Origin: Eledone cirrhosa
Lineage: Eukaryota
Direction: 5' to 3'
NCBI GenBank assembly: GCA_964016885.1
Contig: OZ024743.1
Coordinates: forward strand, 226,858,001 to 226,922,000
Length of the DNA: 64,000 nt
Shown piece by piece: positions 13,540 to 23,591 of this stretch. The notes beneath the pieces are model-generated. The model saw only the letters and a program-made list of their open reading frames with translations. It had not been told where the DNA came from and did not search any database. The stretch's first letter is position 1. Each line of letters starts with the position of its first letter. The translations under genes and the position numbers were made by a program.

Positions 13540-13758
13540 TTTTGTTTGACCCGTTTAGCTTGTTCGCTTTTTTGGATATGGTGGTTAATGGCTTCGTAAC
13601 CATCGTCTCAGCGTGTATGACCATTTTAACTTATGTTTATAGCTCTGGTATCTTCTTCTTCTTCATATCCATGGAGCGCTTTGTCTGCACAATATGTAAG
13701 TCGCGTTTCGCTTATTTCTACCCGCCGAAATGCGATTCTCGCTAAATTTATATTTGTA
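13540..13758 (+). repeat. Diverged copy of the 7100-7905 family repeat
   Basis: Shares tttgtttgacc.gtttagcttg, ggtggttaatg, gagcgctt and tttctacc.gccgaaat.cgattctcgct.aa with the reverse complement of 7701-7905. Flanked by (TA)n. Confidence 0.65.
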
Positions 13759-13960
13759 AATATATATATATATATATATTGAAAGGGTAACACACTAGAG
13801 AGAGAAAGAAAGAACGTGTGCCATCAATAAAACAGGGAAAATCACCAGTGTATGGAATCTATAACCTATGGAAGCAGGGTAGACATACAATAATTGAAAA
13901 TATAAATTAACATGCATATACGCAACTTTATATAACACACATAATATATAACTATATAAC

Positions 13961-14044
13961 ACACGCGTACAAATCAAAAGAAGATCTGTTTCGCCAGGAA
14001 ATTGTTGACTGGAATGGGATCGCCTATGGGTCATCAGCGTGTAG
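13961..14044 (-). ncRNA. Hammerhead mirror copy (2-nt deletion in stem I)
   Basis: Reverse complement of 14179-14261 with a few substitutions; core is intact. Confidence 0.7.
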
Positions 14045-14178
14045 TGGTTTTTGGGCTGCCCTTTCTAGCAGCTCGTCCCTCCGATACCACTGGTTCGCTG
14101 TGCTACATACGCTGTCACATCTCTCTGTCACGTGTTGCTGGACGGTTGTCTTAGATTTTCTTAGAGTTGTCTGGAACT

Positions 14179-14261
14179 ACACGCGCTGATGACCCATAGG
14201 CGATCCCATTTCAGTCAACAATTTCCTAGCGAAACAGATCTTTTTGGATTTGTACGCGTGT
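14179..14261 (+). ncRNA. Type I hammerhead ribozyme with long stem III
   Basis: acacgcg-CTGATGA-(stem II ccatagg..cctag)-GAAAC agatc tttttg gattt GTA-cgcgtgt. Stem I is 7 bp and stem III is 7 bp. Confidence 0.8.
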
Positions 14262-14405
14262 GTTATATAGTTATAGAGGTGCGTATATGCATTTTAATTT
14301 ATACTTTTAATTATTGTGTGTCTACCCTGCCTTCCATAGGTTATAGATTCCATACACTGGTAATTTCACCCGTTTTATTGATCGCACACGATCTCGCTCT
14401 CGCTC

Positions 14406-14445
<40 letters not shown>

Positions 14446-14677
14446 TCTAGTGTGTTACCCTTTCAACATATTGTATTTTAAAGAGCTCAGGATTCCTTTC
14501 CCTTCGAACACATAATTTACAGGGAATAACGAGTGTCTATGGCTCCGTTAATTTATCGTGATATATATATATATATATATATATAACGAAGGAAATGTGG
14601 TAAGGAACCAGATGGACCATAACGCACCAAAGTACTCAATACTTAGAGTAGGAGAGTGGGTAATAGGAACGAGTAGG

Positions 14678-14772
14678 ACCCCGACGGCTGAGCTCAAGCC
14701 TTTCGACGGCTAATTCTGGACTAAATGAACATTTTTATCCTGGTACATGAATAGCCGAGCTTCTCAGGGGGT
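14678..14772 (-). ncRNA. Hammerhead-like fold, variant core CUGAGAA
   Basis: acccc-CTGAGAA-gct cggcta...tagccg tc-GAAA-ggct tgagctc agcc-GTC-ggggt. Confidence 0.55.
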
Positions 14773-16256
14773 AATTCCATGTATGGTAAAAGTGATTGTC
14801 ACAGGGATTGGTCAAAAGTTTGTTGTTGAAACACATAATTCTATCATGGCATTTTGTGGACGGAAGGGGTAGCTGAACCTGCCAGTAGAAGAAGGAGGTA
14901 GAGGGAGTGGAGGAAACCCAGTCGTTGATAGTGCCAACTACAGCAGAATCCTAAGGATAAGAGGTCAAGAGAAGTATACTAGGGAGGAGGAGGAGGGGGA
15001 GGAAGTCGAAACAATAAGTAAATCAATAATGGAGTAAATATATAGAAGAATAATAAGAATGTTAAAAATATAAAAAAAAACAATTTCTGCTTACTATTCC
15101 CCTACCACAATCGTCAAGTCTCTCACTGGTACTGCTAAACTATAGAAAAGTTTAATAGGTGGGTGGGATGGAATACTAAATACGAGATTGTAGTGAAAGA
15201 ATTTTATGAGTTAGTAGTAATCGACCAAATCTATCTTACAGTGACAGGTCAACAAGTAGGGGGCCAAAATACTAAAGAAACTACTACGAAATAATAATTC
15301 AGAATCCCGAAAATGAATATTAATACGATATATAAGAGTACCGCTACGATACATAAATTCTAATACAAACTACATAAATGCTCGTACGATATATATGAAA
15401 AATTTAATAAGAAACATTAATTCAGAATACCCCCCCCCCCCCCCCCCAAAAAAAAAAAATAAATACTGATATACGAGAAACTAAAGCAGATATACCACTA
15501 AGAAATCTAGAAAACACGGAAATGGGCAGCAATCGGATAAGAAAGCAAGTATCTGGGGTCTATCACATCTGCTATAAAAAGCGGAGTCGACCAATTCTAT
15601 CATAGAATAGGGTATGAGGTGGGGGTACTGAGGCTACAAAGGACCGAATGGCTGCCTCGGGGTGGGGGAGAAAGTGAAAAGGACGACGACAAAGAAGGAG
15701 AACTGGGGTGGAAGGACTAGGAAGGGATGGCGGGAGAAGGAAATATAGAGGAAACGATGAAAAATATATAAGAAAATCTTACGTCTACCTTTGCAAGCAG
15801 GGCTTACCCATTACAAAGTCGGCAAGTAGGGTGTTACAGCCCTTGTCTACCCCCCCGGGTCATTATGGGGTTTGAGGGCGAGGTAAGTCCTACGCAATCT
15901 GTGTTTGCATGCAGTTACCAGTTCGTCTTTCTTGTTTAGGAGTGGGTCCGTCGAAAACAGCATTTGTAATGTTTCCTCCGAGCATGAATTACACAGACGG
16001 CGTCCTCCCGTGTAAGAGTTGGCTCTGGACAGTAAGCTCCAAGTGAGATCATAGGTTATATTGTTATATTTGAGGCCCCCTTTTATGATTCAGCTGTAGT
16101 TGGCACGACTGGCTTTCCTCCTTCCCTTTCCCTCTTTCATCTACTGGCAAGTTCAGCTACCCCTTCCTTCCACAAAATGCCATGATAGAATTATGTGTCC
16201 CAACAACAAACTTATGACCAATCCTTGTGACAATCGCTTTTAACATATATGGAATT

Positions 16257-16352
16257 ACACCCTGAGAAACTCGGCTATTCATGTACCAGGATAAAAATGT
16301 TCATTTAGTCCAGAATTAGCCGTCGAGACGGCTTGAGCTCAGCCGTCGGGGT
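16257..16352 (+). ncRNA. Hammerhead-like fold, variant core (mirror; GAGAC for GAAAC)
   Basis: acacc-CTGAGAA-act cggcta...tagccg tc-GAGAC ggct tgagctc agcc GTC-ggggt. Confidence 0.55.
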
Positions 16353-16362
16353 CCTACTCATT

Positions 16363-16412
<50 letters not shown>

Positions 16413-16582
16413 TATAGATAGGTAAATATACACGGGTGTGTATGATTGTGTATAGAAGATTATATTAATAAGAGGAATTCCAACTTTGTCTGATTTACTC
16501 GTTTTATTTACAATCCTTTAAAATATATATAATGGTATTATAATGAAATAGTATGATAGAATATTAAATTCTAAGTGTTAAT

Positions 16583-16621
16583 TGAACAAGTACTTTCATG
16601 CTTTCGCAATCTTCAGGTTCA
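16583..16621 (-). ncRNA. Minimal type I hammerhead ribozyme (mirror copy)
   Basis: Exact reverse complement of 22681-22719. Confidence 0.85.
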
Positions 16622-16996
16622 TGATATGTGGTGACAGTCGAGTTTGCAATTTTCAACTGTAATGAGATGGGTAAATTTTCTACCTTTTATACATTTTATA
16701 CAGAGAAAAGTGGCTCCAGAATGCAAAGCCCTGTAAACTGTATTTCGACCAATCAGTGTGTAGTTTCACTGAATTACTACAGCTGATTGGTTTAAGCGTC
16801 ACGGCTGGTTGAGCATGCTAACGACCAATAGTCATATCCAACGTATCAATTGTTTTGCTTTTTTGAAATGATGAAAATAGCATTTTCTATTAATCATCAC
16901 CATCAACATCACTTTTATTATTATTATTATTGTTGTTGTTGTTGTTGTTAGTGGTCGTGGTCATAGTGGTAGTAGAAGTAATACCCCTAGGCGTTA

Positions 16997-19183
16997 TTAT
17001 TGTTCATTTAGCTTGGGTTTGAATTTATCAATAAAATTCTTTTCTTTGATTTTTCTCTTGATTTCATTTGGGCTGTGTAATTTGTAGAATGGGAATATTA
17101 TAAATATTCCCTGACCACATGTTGCCAGGTGGCCGCTTAGGGGTATCTGACGGACATTTGGGTCTCTGATTTGTTGACGGTGTACCCGTGCACGTTCCGA
17201 TAGTGCATTTCCAGTTTGACCGACATATAGTTCTTCACAATTCGGGCATTTAATGCAGTAAATTAGATTTCTGCTTTTGCAGTTCATATTTGCATTTGTG
17301 AATATTTTTCCAGTTTTTGTTTTCATATATTGACCGGCGTGTATGGATTGACATGTGCCGCATCGATTATCATTGCATTTAGATACAGTGAATGATTGGT
17401 CTTTGTTGTTAAGGTCATACTTTGCTTTTGTTAGCAATTGCTTCAAATTTTTTGGCTGTCTTTTACTAAGAGTCAAAGATCGATCTGTGATTAAGCCTTT
17501 TAATTCATTACTTTGAGCAATGATCGGTAGGTTTGCTTTGGCAGTGTTGAAGATATTCTGGTGACATGGGTTGTGTGTCATTATAAATGGTATGACCAGT
17601 TCTTGGTTTCTTCTTCTTTGGGTTGTTCTAAGTTGTTGTATAGGTATTTTTATAGCCCGCTGTATGCCATTTTCTATAAGTAGAGATGGGTATTTTTGTT
17701 TGAGCAAAAATTCTCTTAGTTCTGTTAGGCGTTTGTACCTGGTATTCGTATCTTCTACAATGGTACAAATTCTTCTGGCTAGGCAGTATGGGATGTTGCG
17801 TTTTGTATGAGGTGGATGGCACGACTTAAAATTCAGATATTGATGGGTGTCTGTGTGTTTATAATATATATCCGTGGTAATGGTGGTGTCGTTTTTGATT
17901 ATCATTATATCTAGGAATGGTAATTTGGTCCTACTCATCTCTTTTGTGAATTGGAGAGATGGGTGTAGGTTATTCAGGAGGATATTGAACTTATCCAGAG
18001 TATCTAGAGATTCTGTCCAGATGATGAAACAGTCGTCAAGGTATCTCTTCCAAGATTTTTCAATGTACTTTCTAAAGTCAGTACTATATTTTTCCTCTAT
18101 TTCTTGGTAGAGTTGTTGTTCTAAGTATCCCATTACAGAGTTCGCGTAAACGGGAGCAAACTTCGTTCCCATCGCTGTGCCTCTAATGTGGATGTAATTC
18201 TTTCCATTGAAGAAGAAAGTGTTGTTTTCCAGAATAAGTTTAACTGCGTCTAATATAAATGGCGCTGTGAATCTAATGGGAATCACTTCTCTATGTTTTT
18301 CCACCCAGTATTTAACCGCCTTTATTCCTAAATCATGTGTAATGTTGGTGTAAAGGCTTACCACATCAAAACTGAGTAGAAGTGAATTCGTTTCCGTGGT
18401 TTTGGGAAGATGGGACAGGAAGTCGATATCATCCCGGATGAAACTGGGTATGTGAATACATAGTGGTTTCAAAATAATGTCAACAAAATTGCTTAGACGG
18501 TGAGTGGGGCATGTTGGACCAGCTATAATAGGTCTAAGTTTTAAGTCTTTTGGGTGTAATAATTTAATGTACTCACTGTTTTGTTCTCTTACTGCCAGTT
18601 GTATTTCTTTTGACTTGTGAACTTTCGGTAGGCCATACAGGTTGCTGGGTTTCGGCTCAAAATTGGTGATGTAGTCTCTTTCCTTATCAGTAAATGAGTT
18701 GTGGTATTTTGAAGCCAGGTTGTTGATCTTCTTCATGATGTTGTGGTCTATATTTGACGGTATTTCATGATAGAATGTTGTGTCTTTCAGTTGTTCCTCA
18801 ACCAAATCCTTGTAGTATTCAGTATCCATTATAACAACTGCACCCCCTTTATCTGCTTGTTTAATTATTATTGTTTTATCATTTTGTATACGTTTAAGTG
18901 CAGACATTTCTGATTTGTTAATGTTTGGCCTAACATTAGTATTATGTCTAAGAGGAAATTTAGACAGGATGTCAATGTATTGGTCGAGATAGATATTTCT
19001 TCCTTTTGGCGGAGTGAAATTTGATTTATTCTTTACTAGTGATTCATCACTCTCATTATTTTTATCAGCGAAGAATTCTACAAGACGTAATTTTCGACAG
19101 AATTCTTGGGTATCCTCCTTCAGTTCTTGGTGGTTGACTGTTGGAGTCGGTGTGAATTTCAGTCCTTTTGACAGAATTTGCAT
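16997..19183 (-). CDS. PLE reverse transcriptase + GIY-YIG endonuclease, inverted second copy
   Basis: Same 728 aa ORF. It differs from the + copy at four residues that I can see (F/V, H/Q, K/E, F/C). Confidence 0.96.
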   Translation of the reverse strand: MQILSKGLKFTPTPTVNHQELKEDTQEFCRKLRLVEFFADKNNESDESLVKNKSNFTPPKGRNIYLDQYIDILSKFPLRHNTNVRPNINKSEMSALKRIQNDKTIIIKQADKGGAVVIMDTEYYKDLVEEQLKDTTFYHEIPSNIDHNIMKKINNLASKYHNSFTDKERDYITNFEPKPSNLYGLPKVHKSKEIQLAVREQNSEYIKLLHPKDLKLRPIIAGPTCPTHRLSNFVDIILKPLCIHIPSFIRDDIDFLSHLPKTTETNSLLLSFDVVSLYTNITHDLGIKAVKYWVEKHREVIPIRFTAPFILDAVKLILENNTFFFNGKNYIHIRGTAMGTKFAPVYANSVMGYLEQQLYQEIEEKYSTDFRKYIEKSWKRYLDDCFIIWTESLDTLDKFNILLNNLHPSLQFTKEMSRTKLPFLDIMIIKNDTTITTDIYYKHTDTHQYLNFKSCHPPHTKRNIPYCLARRICTIVEDTNTRYKRLTELREFLLKQKYPSLLIENGIQRAIKIPIQQLRTTQRRRNQELVIPFIMTHNPCHQNIFNTAKANLPIIAQSNELKGLITDRSLTLSKRQPKNLKQLLTKAKYDLNNKDQSFTVSKCNDNRCGTCQSIHAGQYMKTKTGKIFTNANMNCKSRNLIYCIKCPNCEELYVGQTGNALSERARVHRQQIRDPNVRQIPLSGHLATCGQGIFIIFPFYKLHSPNEIKRKIKEKNFIDKFKPKLNEQ

Positions 19184-19333
19184 TTCATCATTGTCAAGAT
19201 CTCTTTTAGATAAATTAATTATTTTAGGATCTACGTGTACAGCTGTTTTGGGTATGTTTCCTCCTGGAGTTTTTCTTTTTCCGGTTTTTGTTGTCCTGAC
19301 GTTAAAAAATGAATTTTTCTCTGTTCAGGATTT

Positions 19334-20071
19334 TCAGCTGAAAAACTACGAGAACTATGGATCGGAGATATCTCAAAAGAAGAAAACAAATCAAGAAAGG
19401 TATGGCAGCAGAAACAATTATTTCTCGATGAATATGCTGCAAATTACGGTAAAGACTCTGGAACCCTGAGAAAAAGCATTAAAAGTGGACAATCTCATCA
19501 ACACAACATACGCCAGAACACGTGCCAACACAAACACTCACCTTACCTTGAATCAAAGAAGAACTACGGTAATAACTCTTCGCTTTTTCTACAAAAACAC
19601 CCTATCGCACACAACATGAACAAAAAGCACAAACACGATAGGTATTCCTTTGACCAGACCATGAGAAGTAGTAAAACCAGGAGATCATTCTCAAGATCTC
19701 AACAGAGACTACCAACAAGGAATGTGGAAACAAAACGTAGAATAACCAGATCACTCTCAAGATCTCAACAGAGATTGCCCACAAGAAACTGGACGAAAAA
19801 ACGATCTAAACCTGAAAGCAAACCTAGGTCATTTTCCCAGATTGTTAAAAATAATGCTAACAGGAAGAAAAATAATATACAGAATACCAAAAATAGGACA
19901 AAATACATAACGAAACCAAATATAATATCACGACCAAAAGTTCATCAAGCGAACACCAACAGGAATATAAATCCTGAACAGAGAAAAATTCATTTTTTAA
20001 CGTCAGGACAACAAAAACCGGAAAAAGAAAAACTCCAGGAGGAAACATACCCAAAACAGCTGTACACGTAG
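19334..20071 (+). CDS. PLE upstream ORF1 (5'-truncated at the inversion junction; basic, R/S/K/N-rich)
   Basis: Manual translation is stop-free from 19334 (SAEKLRELWIGDISKEENKSRKVWQQKQLFLDEY...) into the tracked 151 aa ORF 19616-20071. It overlaps the RT frame over 19978-20071. Confidence 0.75.
   Translation, partial: SAEKLRELWIGDISKEENKSRKVWQQKQLFLDEYAANYGKDSGTLRKSIKSGQSHQHNIRQNTCQHKHSPYLESKKNYGNNSSLFLQKHPIAHNMNKKHKHDRYSFDQTMRSSKTRRSFSRSQQRLPTRNVETKRRITRSLSRSQQRLPTRNWTKKRSKPESKPRSFSQIVKNNANRKKNNIQNTKNRTKYITKPNIISRPKVHQANTNRNINPEQRKIHFLTSGQQKPEKEKLQEETYPKQLYT
19993..19999 (+). promoter_or_regulatory. Candidate -1 ribosomal frameshift heptamer U_UUU_UUA
   Basis: ORF1 codons caT TTT TTA. The -1 frame is the RT frame, which has TGA at 19975-19977 and no ATG until 20119. 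Confidence 0.65.
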
Positions 20072-20118
20072 ATCCTAAAATAATTAATTTATCTAAAAGA
20101 GATCTTGACAATGATGAA

Positions 20119-22305
20119 ATGCAAATTCTGTCAAAAGGACTGAAATTCACACCGACTCCAACAGTCAACCACCAAGAACTGAAGGAGGATACCCAAGAAT
20201 TCTGTCGAAAATTACGTCTTGTAGAATTCTTCGCTGATAAAAATAATGAGAGTGATGAATCACTAGTAAAGAATAAATCAAATTTCACTCCGCCAAAAGG
20301 AAGAAATATCTATCTCGACCAATACATTGACATCCTGTCTAAATTTCCTCTTAGACATAATACTAATGTTAGGCCAAACATTAACAAATCAGAAATGTCT
20401 GCACTTAAACGTATACAAAATGATAAAACAATAATAATTAAACAAGCAGATAAAGGGGGTGCAGTTGTTATAATGGATACTGAATACTACAAGGATTTGG
20501 TTGAGGAACAACTGAAAGACACAACATTCTATCATGAAATACCGTCAAATATAGACCACAACATCATGAAGAAGATCAACAACCTGGCTTCAAAATACCA
20601 CAACTCATTTACTGATAAGGAAAGAGACTACATCACCAATGTTGAGCCGAAACCCAGCAACCTGTATGGCCTACCGAAAGTTCACAAGTCAAAAGAAATA
20701 CAACTGGCAGTAAGAGAACAAAACAGTGAGTACATTAAATTATTACACCCAAAAGACTTAAAACTTAGACCTATTATAGCTGGTCCAACATGCCCCACTC
20801 ACCGTCTAAGCAATTTTGTTGACATTATTTTGAAACCACTATGTATTCACATACCCAGTTTCATCCGGGATGATATCGACTTCCTGTCCCATCTTCCCAA
20901 AACCACGGAAACGAATTCACTTCTACTCAGTTTTGATGTGGTAAGCCTTTACACCAACATTACACATGATTTAGGAATAAAGGCGGTTAAATACTGGGTG
21001 GAAAAACATAGAGAAGTGATTCCCATTAGATTCACAGCGCCATTTATATTAGACGCAGTTAAACTTATTCTGGAAAACAACACTTTCTTCTTCAATGGAA
21101 AGAATTACATCCAAATTAGAGGCACAGCGATGGGAACGAAGTTTGCTCCCGTTTACGCGAACTCTGTAATGGGATACTTAGAACAACAACTCTACCAAGA
21201 AATAGAGGAAAAATATAGTACTGACTTTAGAAAGTACATTGAAAAATCTTGGAAGAGATACCTTGACGACTGTTTCATCATCTGGACAGAATCTCTAGAT
21301 ACTCTGGATGAGTTCAATATCCTCCTGAATAACCTACACCCATCTCTCCAATTCACAAAAGAGATGAGTAGGACCAAATTACCATTCCTAGATATAATGA
21401 TAATCAAAAACGACACCACCATTACCACGGATATATATTATAAACACACAGACACCCATCAATATCTGAATTTTAAGTCGTGCCATCCACCTCATACAAA
21501 ACGCAACATCCCATACTGCCTAGCCAGAAGAATTTGTACCATTGTAGAAGATACGAATACCAGGTACAAACGCCTAACAGAACTAAGAGAATGTTTGCTC
21601 AAACAAAAATACCCATCTCTACTTATAGAAAATGGCATACAGCGGGCTATAAAAATACCTATACAACAACTTAGAACAACCCAAAGAAGAAGAAACCAAG
21701 AACTGGTCATACCATTTATAATGACACACAACCCATGTCACCAGAATATCTTCAACACTGCCAAAGCAAACCTACCGATCATTGCTCAAAGTAATGAATT
21801 AAAAGGCTTAATCACAGATCGATCTTTGACTCTTAGTAAAAGACAGCCAAAAAATTTGAAGCAATTGCTAACAAAAGCAAAGTATGACCTTAACAACAAA
21901 GACCAATCATTCACTGTATCTAAATGCAATGATAATCGATGCGGCACATGTCAATCCATACACGCCGGTCAATATATGAAAACAAAAACTGGAAAAATAT
22001 TCACAAATGCAAATATGAACTGCAAAAGCAGAAATCTAATTTACTGCATTAAATGCCCGAATTGTGAAGAACTATATGTCGGTCAAACTGGAAATGCACT
22101 ATCGGAACGTGCACGGGTACACCGTCAACAAATCAGAGACCCAAATGTCCGTCAGATACCCCTAAGCGGCCACCTGGCAACATGTGGTCAGGGAATATTT
22201 ATAATATTCCCATTCTACAAATTACACAGCCCAAATGAAATCAAGAGAAAAATCAAAGAAAAGAATTTTATTGATAAATTCAAACCCAAGCTAAATGAAC
22301 AATAA
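20119..22305 (+). CDS. PLE reverse transcriptase + GIY-YIG endonuclease (728 aa from first ATG; frame open from 19978)
   Basis: PLE N-terminal motif IINLS..L...E..ILSKGLKFTPTP begins upstream of the ATG. RT motifs: ADKGGAVV, LYGLPKVHK, FDVVSLYTNI, GTAMGTKFAPVYAN, RYLDDCF, LPFLDI, YLNFKSCHP. Cys linker CNDNRCGTC. GIY-YIG: NLIYCIKCPNCEELYVGQT..LSERARVH..E..FI....PKLN. Confidence 0.96.
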   Translation: MQILSKGLKFTPTPTVNHQELKEDTQEFCRKLRLVEFFADKNNESDESLVKNKSNFTPPKGRNIYLDQYIDILSKFPLRHNTNVRPNINKSEMSALKRIQNDKTIIIKQADKGGAVVIMDTEYYKDLVEEQLKDTTFYHEIPSNIDHNIMKKINNLASKYHNSFTDKERDYITNVEPKPSNLYGLPKVHKSKEIQLAVREQNSEYIKLLHPKDLKLRPIIAGPTCPTHRLSNFVDIILKPLCIHIPSFIRDDIDFLSHLPKTTETNSLLLSFDVVSLYTNITHDLGIKAVKYWVEKHREVIPIRFTAPFILDAVKLILENNTFFFNGKNYIQIRGTAMGTKFAPVYANSVMGYLEQQLYQEIEEKYSTDFRKYIEKSWKRYLDDCFIIWTESLDTLDEFNILLNNLHPSLQFTKEMSRTKLPFLDIMIIKNDTTITTDIYYKHTDTHQYLNFKSCHPPHTKRNIPYCLARRICTIVEDTNTRYKRLTELRECLLKQKYPSLLIENGIQRAIKIPIQQLRTTQRRRNQELVIPFIMTHNPCHQNIFNTAKANLPIIAQSNELKGLITDRSLTLSKRQPKNLKQLLTKAKYDLNNKDQSFTVSKCNDNRCGTCQSIHAGQYMKTKTGKIFTNANMNCKSRNLIYCIKCPNCEELYVGQTGNALSERARVHRQQIRDPNVRQIPLSGHLATCGQGIFIIFPFYKLHSPNEIKRKIKEKNFIDKFKPKLNEQ

Positions 22306-22470
22306 TAACGCGTAGGGGTATTACTTCTACTACCACTATGACCACGACCACTAACAACAACAACAACAACAATAATAATAATAATAAAAGTGATGTTGAT
22401 GGTGATGATTAATAGAAAATGCTATTTTCATCATTTCAAAAAAGCAAAACAATTGATACGTTGGATATGA

Positions 22471-22617
22471 CTATTGGTCGTTAGCATGCTCAACAAGCCG
22501 TGACGCTTAAACCAATCAGCTGTAGTAATTCAGTGAAACTACACACTGATTGGTCGAAATACAGTTTACAGGGCTTTGCATTCTGGAGCCACTTTTCTCT
22601 GTATAAAATGTATAAAA
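22471..22617 (+). promoter_or_regulatory. Putative Pol II promoter in the PLE 3' pseudo-LTR
   Basis: Three CCAAT/ATTGG boxes (22473, 22512, 22549; ~38 bp spacing) and two TATAAAA (22602, 22611) lie just upstream of the hammerhead. The same set is mirrored in the left arm. Confidence 0.45.
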
Positions 22618-22680
22618 GGTAGAAAATTTACCCATCTCATTACAGTTGAAAATTGCAAACTCGACTGTCACCACATATCA

Positions 22681-22719
22681 TGAACCTGAAGATTGCGAAA
22701 GCATGAAAGTACTTGTTCA
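22681..22719 (+). ncRNA. Minimal type I hammerhead ribozyme (PLE pLTR)
   Basis: tgaac-CTGAAGA-t tgc gaaa gca t-GAAA-gtac-TT-gttca. Stem I is 5 bp, stem II is GNRA-capped, and stem/loop III is palindromic (AAGTACTT). Confidence 0.85.
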
Positions 22720-22833
22720 ATTAACACTTAGAATTTAATATTCTATCATACTATTTCATTATAATACCATTATATATATTTTAAAGGATTGTAAATAAAA
22801 CGAGTAAATCAGACAAAGTTGGAATTCCTCTTA

Positions 22834-22895
<62 letters not shown>

Positions 22896-23097
22896 GCCAA
22901 TCATTGTAAGTTTGAATCTAACTGACATGCAAAAACATATATATAGAAAAAAGGTAAGCCCAAATCATAGTAGATACAAATATCAGAGAGAGAGAGAGAG
23001 AGGGGGGGGAGAAAAGAGGTGGAACAGAAATAAAACATGGATTACAGTTTAAAATATAGTCTAGATAGATGTAAAACAAAACACTTTGTTTTGAACA

Positions 23098-23385
23098 TTT
23101 TGAAAGTATGTTTATAAGTATGAATTTTCTTAAAATGTTCGTAGTTGTCTCTGTGGCCTAGCGGTAGGTACAAGAAACGGAGGAGATCCTGGCCCTGGGT
23201 TCAATCCTGGTTAGTTTTTATTTTACAGCCAATGAAAAAAATGAAAAGTTTTACCGGGAACCCGACTTCTGACCAGGATCGAACTTCAGACCAGGATCAC
23301 AACCGTCAATGATTCCTCCAACTAGGCCACTGAGTCAACTACAAAAGTATAAAGAAAATTGATCCTTATAAACCTACTTTCAAAA
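23098..23385. repeat. Fold-back unit with two convergent tRNA-like (A/B-box) arms, copy 1
   Basis: Imperfect ~115 bp inverted arms. Plus arm: tggcctagcgg (23154) and ggttcaatcc (23198). Minus arm: tggcctagttgg (23329-23318) and gttcgatcc (23284-23276). Confidence 0.7.
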
Positions 23386-23555
23386 TCAAAGTTAAAAAGA
23401 TGTGGTGTCGTTCATGGCTTTCCTAGAGCTATTAGTAATATTTAAGGTCGACTTGTCACTCTTCTGGCCCTTTGGTAACAACCTTATTATTCCCATGTGT
23501 GTTTAACTGTTGAATTAATTTAATTTAATTTTAGCGAACAAATAATATATGTATT

Positions 23556-23581
<26 letters not shown>

Positions 23582-23591
<10 letters not shown>

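Larger units (their letters stand above)
13779..14560. mobile_element. Non-coding palindromic HHR element
   Basis: Inverted arms ~13779-14046 and ~14176-14466, with a right-arm tail at 14467-14560 and (TA)n on both sides. Confidence 0.8.
14585..16366. mobile_element. Older non-coding palindromic element with variant-core HHR fold
   Basis: Diverged inverted arms ~14664-14952 and ~16086-16366, left tail 14585-14663, ~1.1 kb spacer, (TA)n flanks. Confidence 0.7.
16421..22840. mobile_element. Penelope-like retroelement (Neptune-type), head-to-head inverted duplication inserted in (TA)n
   Basis: Arms ~16462-19333 (-) and 19969-22840 (+) are near-identical inverted copies. The spacer 19334-19968 is unique and the left arm has an extra 3' tail at 16421-16461. 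TA-rich microsatellite flanks both sides. Each arm carries an RT+GIY-YIG ORF and a hammerhead motif. Confidence 0.95.

Noticed and set aside
23147-23215. Genuine tRNA gene
   Set aside because: A and B boxes are present, but there is no convincing acceptor or anticodon stem, and the two copies have diverged freely.
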